Shown piece after piece: positions 39,137 through 51,426 of a DNA stretch of 64,000 nucleotides. Each line of letters starts with the position of its first letter. Position 1 is the stretch's first letter. Origin of the DNA: Auanema rhodensis (lineage: Eukaryota; Animalia; Nematoda); assembly GCA_964057225.1 (NCBI GenBank), contig OZ059896.1, forward strand, positions 7,440,001-7,504,000, in the 5' to 3' direction. The position numbers and the translations under genes are program-made. The notes beneath the pieces were generated by a model that was not told the DNA's origin, searched no databases, and saw only the letters and a list, made by a program, of their open reading frames with translations.

Positions 39137-42100
39137 GACGAGAGAGGAAGGATAGACTAGAAGACTCGTGTAAGGATAGCAAGAATGAAGCTGCTGTTCT
39201 TCCTGGTCCGTCATCGTCATCATTCTCCTCCTCATCATCATCATCATCATAGTTTTCTGTCTATATATCTACTTTGAGGCTGAAGTTAAAAGATCGAGAA
39301 AAGAAGAAATTAGAAAGCCACAGGCTTTGAACCTGGTTTCGTGTCTCTTTTTTCCCCTGTTCTGTTTCTCGGGCTACAACAAGTAGTTAAAAAACTTAAA
39401 ACGAAAGAAATAGACTGAAAAGTGAAATTGAAGAGAGACTGAAGAATGAGAGAAAAAAGGAGGAAAAGATTCGGACCGGCTGTGGCCAAGAAAACTTTCA
39501 GTGTGTTCAGGAAAAAAGTTGGGAAGATACACAAGCGCCAAACAGCCATAGATACAGCATATGAATAATGTTGATGATCGAGAGTGGAAATGAAGCTTTT
39601 CTTTGAAAAAAATTGAAAAGCGTATCTTCAATGTTGTGATCGAAAACCACATAGTTGCAGCTTGTTAAAGAAAATGATGAAGGGTGAGGAAGGTATATCT
39701 CGACAATACCATCATTGGACGATTCTCACACGGAAAAGTTGAATGTACTTATGTAAGCACAAGCCCAGTTGGGGCTCATGAAATCATTGACAAGACAGAC
39801 ACGTATAGAGAAAAGAGAGAGAAACCTACGAAGACAGATGAAAAAGAATCAAAGATTGTGAAAGAGAAAATAAGAAAAAGAGGAAGCAAGTGTAGGTGGT
39901 AGAGTATATGAGAGAGGGAAAAGAGAGATCGGGAAGGTGGTACAGTTGACGAGGAGATAAACTGATAAGCCGTTGAATATGAAAAGGGGCGGAGATGCGA
40001 GCTGTAACAGGTCACAAGGCTATTAGAGCTGAAGCATTTCAAATGATTATAGGTACATTGTTTGGGAAAACGAGAAAGTAATGAAGAATGAGAGAGCAGA
40101 CTCAAATTCAATCATGCACAAGGGGGTTCTATAGAAACCGGCAATTATTTTCCTTTCCATGATAACCTTTCGGCTCAAAATATAATTTGAAATAGCCAAA
40201 GAACATAGCGAGATATATGATGAAATAAAATGTGGGTAGAGATATATGATTACAAGGTTGAAATAAGACGAAGTGTGATTGTCAATATGGTTGTATAGGT
40301 ATAGCCGATACACTGAGAGCTTGAAAATCTATAATGATAGGATTTGAAAAACAATACGATCATCCTAGCTTAACAGGAAGAAAGAGTGAGAAGCTTGCGG
40401 ACAACCCACGCTTAGGATAAATCCTGGAGCGTTGTGTGGTCTTGACTATCTGTGGTTCAGAGCATACGAATACCGGATATGCTGCTTATTGGTCTAGGAA
40501 TCTCAGACCAAATGAAAGAGAATGAGATTGTAAGAGAGATATAGAAAGTTAGAGAAAGAGAAAAAGAAGAGGATGGATATCCTCCTGTTCGTATATAGAA
40601 TGATGGTTGGCACAAAAGAGAAGCAGTAGCTTCACCGGGGGAAAAAGGAAGTATTGGAAGCCAGGAAAAGGAAAGTGAATGGATAGATAGATAGATAGAT
40701 ATAAGATAATAAAAGAGAAATAGAGAGTAAAAGAAAAATGATGAAGAGGGACATCGAGAAATGAAAAGAGAGTTAAAAGTAATGAATGAGGAGAAAAAGA
40801 TGAACAGAGATATCTGGAATAGAAAAAGAATAAGAAACTTAGAATGGATAAGCATGAAGACGTATTGAAGAAGAATTATGAAGTTGCATGAAAAGCTTTG
40901 AAACAAATCTTGAATAATTCAAATGAGATCAGATAAATCTCGAACATACATGAGTTGATTTCAAATATCAAATTTTCTGTTTTTCAAGTAATATTGTATG
41001 GAAAAACTATTTGAATGTTTACTTCTAGCTCTACATGGTAGTGTTGATAATTTCTTTTCTTTTTTTTCGCAATTTTTTTCGTAATCAGCGACCTATGAGA
41101 TGATCAAAAAATTTGAAAAAAAGCCTTCTGAAAAGTGATTGGTAAAAACCAAATGAATAAACCTGTTCTTCTAAAGAAAAAAAAATGACTGAAAAGATTT
41201 GATGATAACAATCAAAGAAAAAAGAAAAAGAAACTGTTAATATATATTTTGAAATTGAAATGAAAGTAAGTATGTCTTGATATGGAACAAGAAGATATTA
41301 TCTTAATATTTCTTATCATGAATTTGCAAAAGTTTATAACAAAAATTTTTAAAATGCATATGAATAACGACTAACTAAAAACAATTTTTTTGAAGAAAAA
41401 TAGGAAAAATAAAAAATATTTTAAAATATATATTTGAAATATATAATTTTGATAATATTTAATAAAAAAAATGATATAAAAGAGTTGGAAAAAAATGAAG
41501 ATCCTGGGACGGAATAATTACAGGATCAAATGAGAAAAAATTAAAAAAGGATAAGCAAAATGAACAAAATATTCCAGAAATTGAACGACAAGCAATCTGT
41601 TTTTGGCATATTCTTCCAAAAGATTTGATTTTTTTTTGAAAAATGTGAAAGCAGTGGTTGGGGAATGAGCAATCGGAGAATACGAACGGTTATAATTAAA
41701 TTTTGTTATGAAAATGACAAAAACTGTATCAATCGATATGTTTTAGTTGATTTTTCAAAAGACATCTTCAACGTCCTTTTGATTATCGGCGTCAATTCTG
41801 ACAACGACAACGATGACGATGATGAAGATGCTGTTGATGTTGCTACATGACGGGCATCAGATGGTTGTTTTTCTTTCCGGAAATGTTCCGTCAGGTTAAA
41901 GGTCATACTGATTAGAAAAATGAAGAAGAGAGGGAAACTAAAAATTGATTGCGTGGCAAGGTTGACATGAAAAATTTAGAATGACAGAGAAATGAAGAGA
42001 AAAAGAGAACTAGAGAAAGAGAGAAAAAGACTTACGAAGGGAATGGGAGGAGGGCTAACGAGGGAAGAAGTGAGAGAAAGAAAAAAAGAAATTAGCCAAC

Positions 42101-45100
42101 TAAAAATATAAATGATTATATTGAATATATGTTGATTAATTGATTATTTTAATAATAATATTGATTATTATTCATAAAATATATTTTTTTTTGAGAAAAG
42201 AAAATAATCAATTTAATTTTTATATAAATAAATTATAAACATTTATTTTATTTTATTTAAATATATTTATATTTATTTATTAAAATATATAAAATATATT
42301 GAAATATATTGATTATTCCTTCAAGATATTTTCTGTTGCTAAGACACGAAAATCATGTATTGTTATGAGGCGAGAAATAGCAAAGGAAAAGGACTAAAAC
42401 ACAGTTTTTATCGAAAAAGAACATATCTTTTTGAAAATTCTGAAGAAATAAAGAATAGAATGTTGAAAATCAATAATTATCTCAGAAATTAATTTTCAAT
42501 GAAATCAATAAGAATATCGAAAATCGTATATAATAACTTTACATAACATCATTAAAACCATTGATATTCGATCTTTTTAATTGAAAAAAACAAATTATTT
42601 TTAAAATCATCTGATTGATCTAGTTCAAATTCATTTATATGAATCAAATAGATATATCGTTGAGAAAAAAATGGAAAGAAGTGGAGAATAAGCTATGAAC
42701 TAAACTGCTGAATGCTAAAATTGGTTAGGAGAGAGACCGCGAGATAAAAGGTCGATTGGACGAACATCAACAGGACGACCTGCAGTTAGACTTGTCGACC
42801 TTTTTTGGTTAAAATATTTTGTGTGAGAGGGAACTAGGATAGCTCTTATTCTCACTCTCTTTCTCTCTATACCTCACTCTTCATTTAACTATTTTTCCAT
42901 TTAAAAGCAGATTATTGGCATGCTGAGCGAACAGAAACATACTGAATAAACAGAAAAGAACCAAAAAAAAAACATTAACATGTACTATATGTTTTATTAT
43001 TTTCCTTATAATTTTATTTTTAAATGTTTTATATTTTAATTATTTTTTTAAAATTTGAAATATGAACGTCTCACGTTTTACGTGAAACTATATTCATTTC
43101 ATATGCTAATAATCCGCTGTGCAGTTGTTTCTCTCCCATTAAAAAAAATAATTTAGTAGCTTTAACTCAAAACCATAAATTTTGTTCTTCCCCTCCACCC
43201 CACACCCATACCCATCTTTTGCCTCTCCTTTTCACATCGAGCTGCCTGTCTCTCATTTTCCCCCCACTTATTCTGATTCCAATCTATTTTTGTCTTTAAC
43301 TAGCCTTCATATGAACAGAATCTTCTATTCAGAAAATGAAAAGGGTAACCTACTCTGCTGTACTTTTTTAGTTTTCAGTCTACACTATCGACGTCATGAT
43401 AGAATGAATATCTTCTTAATCTTTTTATCTTAGAAGGCCATATAATAAAGAATTTCAGAAAAAAACTGAATTGTAGATGATGTTTGCTGTCATATATTCA
43501 ATACTTTTGTTTTTTTTTTAAAAATACTATGTAGTATCATGAAATATGCTATATTGATGTGATTATGGTCAAAAAAATGGAATTAAATATATGATATGTT
43601 ACAAAGAAACTATGAAAATGATGTTTCATTCTTTATTTTTTGTTAAAAAAATCCTTTAATCTATTTTACTGTTATTTCCGGAAAGTTTATCAAAAATGTT
43701 TTAGAATGGGGGTGTTGGTAGAGGATAGACAGGTCGACAAGATGAGATTAGAAGAATATAAGATGAATATCTCTGCGTATAAAATATCTTTTGATTAAAG
43801 AATTTGTTTCATCTTATTTGAAAAATAAAAACAGGTGAGATAGATAAAGAGAGAATGGCATAGAATGATGTAGATGGAAAACAAAGATGGAAAAAAGTGA
43901 AATGGTAGAACGATGATTCTTCGTTCATATGCTCATCTTCCAACTACCCATCAACTTCATACAGATGAAATGTACTTCTGATGCTTATTGTGATGTATCT
44001 GACTGATCAATCAAATCATTTCTTATTATTAATAATTGAAAAAAAATATATTTATATCTGAAGCAAAAATAATAATTTGAATCCCTCTCCTGCTATTTTG
44101 TAATTTTTCTTTTTTTTTTTTGCAAAAAAGTTCATTACCACCTTGCCTTTTTTATCCGCTATACAACAATATAGATGAAATGAACGGAGGAGGGTAGTGA
44201 GAGAGATAAGAACATAGAGAGAGAATGGAAATGAGGGAGTCTAAATACATCGCTTCCTTGGCATATTGTTTGTCAACACAGCATCAGTTCGGCCGATTGG
44301 CTTTGCCTATGTCGTCGTTATCGAAACCGATTTCCAAACGCTCAGATTGTCGTTATCAGCTTTTGCTCAAGCTCGCGTCATCGTGTTGCCTCTCTCAGTT
44401 TTTCATTCCACCTCTCTTCATCTTCACATTTTCATATTTGCTGTTTTTTGTTATTTATCTTTTCAGAGTATTTTTTCTTTCTCTCTATATATATCTCTCT
44501 CTCCCTCTCTCTCTCTATTTCTCTCTGTGTTCATTTCCCGACTAATGCCAGATATTGAAATTATGTGCAGGTAGCCAACAAATGAGAAAATAGAAAATGA
44601 AAAATGTAAAGAAGAGAGAAAGGAAAATATAGAGAGAAAGAGAGAGACAGACAGACAGAGATAGAGAGAGAAAATGAGTGAGAAAGTCGAATAACATGAC
44701 AGGTAGAGAAAATTTGTGTGAGGGCAGAGTATGAACCGCCTTTTTCAGTTGCCATTGGTAACCAGATTTTTATTTCGAAAAGAGATAGAGAGAATGAAAT
44801 ACCTATCCTCATTCTCTAACTCCTTTTGCTTGTACTATATAATACGATAGGCTAATTATTCTTTTGTTATATTTATGCCATTTTCGTGCAGTACAAAAGA
44901 TACTCTCAAATGACTGATAATAGAGGAAAAGCAGAAAAACAAGTGGAGATACGGAAAAAAAGCCGACAGCAGGTATAAACAAGCAATCCTAATCACTATT
45001 GTTGATTTTTGTATCACTGACATGGCATATAACTTCTATATTCACGAGTTTTTCTATACCAAAAGCTTATACAATTCTTAGAAGCTGAAGAGTATAAGAC

Positions 45101-47341
45101 CTGATTAAACTATTTGACTTAACAAGGGGAGAAAAGATGGTCTTGAAAGATAAGGTGATTTGATTGAACTAACCTGAGCATTACGCAAAGCGTTAATGTG
45201 ATGAAGAAGATTTGGCATAACCTGAGGCAAAACACTCCGAGGTTGCTGTTGCTGTTGTTGAGCTGCTAGAAGATTATTGCGAGTTGCAGCCTGAAAATCT
45301 GAGGATAAGCCGCAATTCGGAGAATTACATTTTTCTTCAATAAAGTCAGCTACATTCTACCAGCTTTATAGGTGTGATGATATATAAAGGAGGGTCCAAT
45401 GTTGTAAAAATCTCATATTTGAATAACAAAGAAAAAATAAAAATAATTATGAGTGATTGACCAAAATTCAAAATTAAATAATTTGAAATTTCTAATGGCT
45501 TAAGATTGTATGAAAGATATTTTGAAATGAAGAAGTTAAATAGAGATTATAGAAATTGAATTTAATGAAGAAGAATTGATAATATACATATTTTGATTGA
45601 AATTTATAAAAAATTCTGAATATGAATGACTATAACTGATAATAAATAAATAGAAATAGAAATGTTGTCTTGATGACAAGGCATATGAGAAAGGTATGAA
45701 TACAAAAAACATGCTGTATCTACCATGCAAATTGCATTAAAAATTAAAAAAAAAGAAGATAATAATATAGAAAAGTAAAGAATATTTAATCCAAAATGTG
45801 CAAAATAGCAGGTAATATCACTTTGATTCGAAAATAACGAGACTGAAGACGAGAACGAATATGGGGGATAGAATAACAAGTGAACGAGGTGTAGAGAGGA
45901 ATGTTTTCAGAAACTGAAAAGTCGCTTGACGGTACGTCCAGCCTTCTGTAAATGGGAAAAGGCGGGAAGAAACCGTTGGACTGGCAGAAAATAGTGTAAA
46001 AGAGATTTCGAGAGAGTTGGATGAGAAAAAGAAAAGAAGAGAGGTAGACAGAGAAGGAGATACAAGGTCAAAGGTAACGGCGACACACGACCCCCAAGGG
46101 ATGACTACACACGCGATCGTGGCGATGTCGTAGTCTCGACGATGGGCAACAGGTCAACTACGTGAATAGATCAGTCAGACAGATCGTCTGAATTCAGGAG
46201 AATTGGCTGATAAACAGTCTACATGAATATTCAGAAGTGCCGTAGGGAAAAAACATTTTCAGATGTGAAGATCAAGAAAAATACTTAGAAGAGTTTGAGT
46301 TTTTTGAAGAAAAACAAGGAAAATGAAAAAAACTTGGGTGAGAAAAAGAAGAATATACTATATGATCATAGATACAACCGATCATAACGTAAAGGTAATG
46401 ATAAATGACATAAGAATTTGATATGAATATCATATGATATGATGATAATCTATGAATAATAATATAAATTTAAATAAATAAAAAGAGAAAAAGAGAAAAA
46501 TTAATAATAAATATTATAATAATTATATAGACTATATTTGAACTAGTCGAATCAAACTCTAGGTAATCAATATAGTCCCCGAGGGCGCGATGGCTAAAAG
46601 GTCATCAAGGGAAAAGAAATGATTCAGGTCAACGGAATATATAATCATAATCTCAAGAAGATTTTTGAATATACTAAAGTGAAGTAATCTTAAACTATAT
46701 TCAAATTGTAGAAATTTTCAAACAAAAAAGGAATTTATACATATTTGGTTATGAGACTTTTGGATTATTATGAGATCATAACAGCTACATACATGTAAAA
46801 CTGGCTTATCAATATAAGAATTTTTAATAATAAACATATTAAAACTTTACCTGCATCATTCCAGCTAATAATTGAGGATTATTGAATAATCCAAGTTGTG
46901 CTGCCATTATTGAAGTATTTAGAGCGTTGAGGTGATTGGCAGAGGATGTAGCGGCAGCTAAAGCTGTTGGGTTTCCGGGATTTAATAGACTCGAGAAATC
47001 GAGTTGACCTAGCTGGCCTACGTTCGTCGATTCAGACGACGGTGAACTAACGGCTACGTTGCCGGACGTGTTGACGATGTTCACCGACACAGCGGACGGA
47101 TTGAGATGAAGAGAGGTCGGAGGAGCGACGGATGAGCAGGATGACGACGAAGCTGCGATGGACGCGGCTGACGACGTCAAGGAAGAGACGGATGAGGCTG
47201 ATGAGGACGACGTGGTGGCTGAGCTAGAAGAGCTCGTGGAGTACAGTCTGGTACTCGACGAGATTGGTGACAGGACGGTAGACGACGGCGAGTGATGTGC
47301 TGGCTGGCGATGATTACAACAACCACGGAAGAACCGAACGT
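30804..47341 (-). CDS. nhr-41: NR2C (TR2/TR4-type) nuclear hormone receptor; 5' end probably incomplete
   Basis: [35 protein letters not shown]|[37 protein letters not shown]|[60 protein letters not shown]. Upstream in-phase exons are 47341-46851 (Ser-rich) and 45290-45174 (Gln-rich), followed by a 10.7-kb intron to 34482. Confidence 0.93.
31765..31768 (-). terminator. Pol III T4 terminator after the snoRNA
   Basis: CTGAccgTTTT immediately follows the D box. Confidence 0.6.
31769..31834 (-). ncRNA. Box C/D snoRNA, U61/SNORD61-like guide for 18S rRNA 2'-O-methylation
   Basis: C box ATGATGT (31829-31823), D' CTGA (31800-31797), D CTGA (31775-31772) and terminal CGG/CCG stem. The D-guide CCTCTAAGAAGTT is complementary to conserved 18S AACUUCUUAGAGG. 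Confidence 0.85.
31826..31896 (-). promoter_or_regulatory. tRNA-like Pol III internal promoter module (pseudo-tRNA) upstream of a snoRNA
   Basis: A box TGGCCTAGTGG (31889-31879) and B box GGTTCGAATCC (31846-31836) at tRNA spacing. D and T arms partly pair; anticodon and acceptor stems pair poorly. Confidence 0.8.
37478..37544. repeat. (AT)n microsatellite
   Basis: Direct read. Confidence 0.95.
41893..41905 (+). promoter_or_regulatory. DR1 nuclear-receptor element AGGTTAaAGGTCA
   Basis: Near-consensus DR1; similar elements at 38466-38478, 38610-38622, 46065-46077 and 51648-51660. Confidence 0.45.
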
Positions 47342-50300
47342 CTGAAACACTATGTGTTTAATATGAATAATATTAAGAAAATCAAGAAGAAATTACAAAA
47401 AACGAACAAAATAAATTATAAATATATACAAATTATATAAAATTAATGAAATAATTCAAAAAAAAATTTAAAAAACTGGAGAAAATTACAGTTAAACATG
47501 AACATATCAGCTAAATCAAGGGAATAATGTATAGCAAAATACAGTTTTTGGAGAAAAAATGTGAAATCAAATAGGAAAACAGAAACTGTTCGCTTTCTTG
47601 ATTTGTTTCAGCCAAGAAAGACATGAGAGAGGCAGTTCTTGCGAAAATGAAAAGCCGGTAGGAAAGGTGAATACAGTGATCAGCTGCTGCTGTCTCTTTC
47701 TCTCCGATGGCTATGTTCGCTCAATCTTTGCCTCAACCATCGCTCGCTTGTTCTATTTCTTTTTTCGTTCAACTAGACGTTTAGTCTCATCTCTCTTCGT
47801 TGTCCTTGCTTTGCTACTCTGCTCCAGAAGAACAGGAGTGAGAAGGTTGGAGCAGCAACCGATGGCTGCTCTTGTCGCCCTCAGGCCGGCCAGCTCACTC
47901 TCTCACTCTCTGTTTGATTTAGGAGAAATGACTGAAGGTTGACCAACAGAAAATCCATGTGAACTAGGGAGATAGCAGAGGAAGAGAGAGAGATAGAAGG
48001 GAGATCCCTTATTGACCAACAGTTTTGGATCAGTGCCTGTTTCGAACTGTTTTTTCACCAAACAAAACTTTTTTCCTTTCCAACTATGATGGCAAGGACT
48101 ATATTTGAACATTTATAAATAAAATAGATAGGATATAATATAAGAATAAAAATAAAATAATAATCAAAGTTTCAAATAAAAATTTTAAAAATTAACGAAA
48201 ATGTTTGTGAAAAAAAATATTCTCATAATAGATTACACAATATAGATGAATATAGTCAAAAATGCTTGAAATATCGTAAAAGGTAAAAGGATAAGTGATG
48301 TGGAAAAAAGGAGAATCAGGATAGTTGAGAATGACATGAAGAATAATGATGAGGAGAAGATGACGATTAAGCTAAAAGACAATCCCTCTGCTTGAACTAG
48401 ACCGGACCCGAGAGGGCGAAGGACATCAAGCGCGAAGCATGGCCATAAAATGGCTATGAAGAAGATCCAGTCAGAAAGTTTGACAATGATGAGGTGTAAG
48501 AAAAGGATGAGAAAAGCAGCTAGATTATTAAGCTGTTAGTATATGATCATACTTCATGATATTAGCTTCTTCGTCATCCACTGTCTTATTCTACAGAAGT
48601 TTTTCAATCCTTTTTCGTCTCTAAATCAGAGAAGTCTTGTCGGATTGTAAGACAAGTGGTGTGGCTGGGGGGTTGAATGGCTATTGCAGCTAGAAGTTTT
48701 GAATGGCTATGAAATAGTATGTAATAAATAGAGAATACAAAAGGTAGATAGAGAAACAGAAAGGAAGAGGACCGGTCAGCCGCGGTCAAACAACTGGTTC
48801 TTCGACTGGATGAGCTGGCTGACCGTCCGTTGTCCGAAGACCGCCCGACCGACCAATCATTCTTTCGACACACTCTCTCTCTCTCTGTTTCTCTGTCCTC
48901 TTATAAACTTCTTCTGTCTAGCCTTCCTTCTCAGCTTCTAGGTGATCTTCGCTGTTCCTCAGAGGCTATGAAAGACCAGGTTACAAGCCAAGAGGGAAAT
49001 GAAAGAACCCTCAAGGGTTGAGTGAAAGATACCGAGGCGCACAATTTTTTATTCTTGAATAGGCTGGTAGTAACTCTGTCTATCTTGTCTCTTTTATTCT
49101 CTTCTACCAATTATTCTTCAACACAACCAGGTGAAGAGATAGGAATGACAAAAATGGCATATGGGGAAAAAGAAAATATAAAAACATTCCAAAAAAATCA
49201 TTGACAATATGCTCTCTCTCTCTATACATATCTATACCTCTCTCGCCTCTTTTATTCTCCTCATCTCAACATATAGCTAGCAGATTATCTGTCGAGTAAC
49301 ATAGTCAAGTCAAATATGAATATACAAACATATCTAAATAAAAGAAAATATTATTAAATTATTAAAATATAAATATAACGAATTATATAATATTTAGTTA
49401 AAAATCTTTTTAATTAAAGAAATTCAATATATCCATGACACACACTCACTATATTAGATATTCAGTAGTAAAAATATTATTAAGAGTTGTAATAATTCTG
49501 TTTTCTTCAAAATCAATCCGAAAATTATATATTAAAGTTCTAGTTGAAAAAGCTGCATACAAGCCGATCTAGTGGGTGGTGCAGATGGATTATATGCTTT
49601 CTTATACAAACTGGTATGAGCCGGAATTGAAAGAGAGAAAAAGTATCAAAGCTTTACATGAAACAACTATCTGCAAACTTCTAACTGTTTCAATTGGAAA
49701 TTAAGAAATAGATAACATGTGATTATATGTTTTTTCAAAAGATGAGATCATGTATAGTTCCTAGATATCACTTAAATCATCATGCATAGTTACTGAATAT
49801 ATAAAGATGAAGAAAAAAGAATCTGAAAGACCTATTCTCTCTTCAATTGATATCTTAAAATGAAAAAAAGAAAATATTTCCTCTCCCCCCCCAAAAAAAA
49901 AAAGATTATTATTGCTTGACACACACATATACACAGGCTCTGTCATACAATTGGTGTTGATTATTTGATAAACAACCAACTAATCGTTCTCAAAGATATA
50001 GAAGGCAATATCTGATAGACAACGATAATATTCTGAGGGAAATCAGAAGAAATAAGCGATTAGACAAAGAATAGAAAAAGAATTGAGAGAAATTGAATGA
50101 GAAAAGCAAGGTGATGGATACAGAATGTGAGGCCTTTCCACTCATACAACACTGATTATGCTTAGTAGTCGTGGCTATGTCGCTGAGAAACAAGACGACA
50201 ACGAAATTTATTTATTAGTTGAGATGTAAGGATGATAGTTGATACATGATATCTATCTATCTATATAATAACTTCTATATATATATAGTTAAAGTTTTAA

Positions 50301-51413
50301 TTATAGTATCGTCTGAGCTATATATAGTTAGGAAAGTTTATCGTAATAACAATGCAAAAGAGAGGAAAAAGGAAAAACGGAGGAGGGGTAGTGAGAGTTA
50401 GAGGAAGTTGATGAGGACGAAGTAAAGGAAAAGGTGATGGCTAAAAGCCTCCGAAATGAGATACTATAAACAGAAAGGTAAGCTGATAACAATAATGAAA
50501 AGAAAAACAGATAATATGATAAACGTATTATTTGAATTATAAATTTCAATAACTAGCCATGTGCAAAACTTCTGCTATACATTGAAAGATATTTGAAAAA
50601 ATAAAAAATAAAGAAAGTTAACAACTGCGAGATGCATCGTAATTAAGATAGGGTCCTGATAATTGGAGGAAGCAAATGCTCAAAACACGAATAAGCTCAA
50701 AACAGTCATTGGCACATATAAACGGCTTTTTTCTTTTTCTTTTTTTTTTAAACCAAACAAACTGTCAAAACTGAGCTATTTTGAATTTATGATACTAGCT
50801 TTGAGTCTCTTGGTTGTGAATGCTTATAGTTTAGCAAAGATACAAGTATTTATACTAAACTAATTTCAAATATTTTGGGTAATATTCACGTGAAAAATAT
50901 TTTTAAATAGTAGAGCAGTCAAGCGGTCGATTAAATGAAAAATTTTGATATTGAATCAAATGAATGAGAGTTCAATTGAAAAGAACTAAAATTTGAAGGA
51001 TGAAATAGATGAAGGAAGCTACTTCAGGACACTGTCGGCATGATAGATTTAACCACCCTGCTTGGCTTGTTTCCTTTTTTAGAAAAGAAAAATCTAAAAA
51101 AGCAACAAACTCCACCCATTTAGCAACCGATTGACGGTTTGTCTGCCTTGACCGGACCTGAAAAAGTCTTGACTGGATGATGAGAGTTGAGGGAGAAGAA
51201 AGGAGAATGAGAGGGCTAGATCGCCATTGGAGGAGTGCTTGTTCAGTGGGAGAATCACATTCCGGTATCGGGAGAGCGAACTGGAGCAGCGAATCTTGGT
51301 AGACGAAAAGATAGAAGAATGAAAGGAGTGAAAAAGAAAAGAGAAAACTTCTCGGAGCTGTCTGGCTCAGGGCGCGCGGAGGTCGTTTCAGTGGGTTCAT
51401 TTGTTTATTTGTT

Positions 51414-51426
51414 TGCCCTGAGGGCA
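51414..51426. promoter_or_regulatory. Palindromic AP-2 (TFAP2)-type site TGCCCTGAGGGCA
   Basis: Palindrome around a central base; about ten related sites occur between 37 and 63 kb. Confidence 0.5.

Noticed and set aside
45219-45229. AP-2-like CCTGAGGCA
   Set aside because: Lies inside a coding exon of nhr-41, so it was excluded from the motif count.
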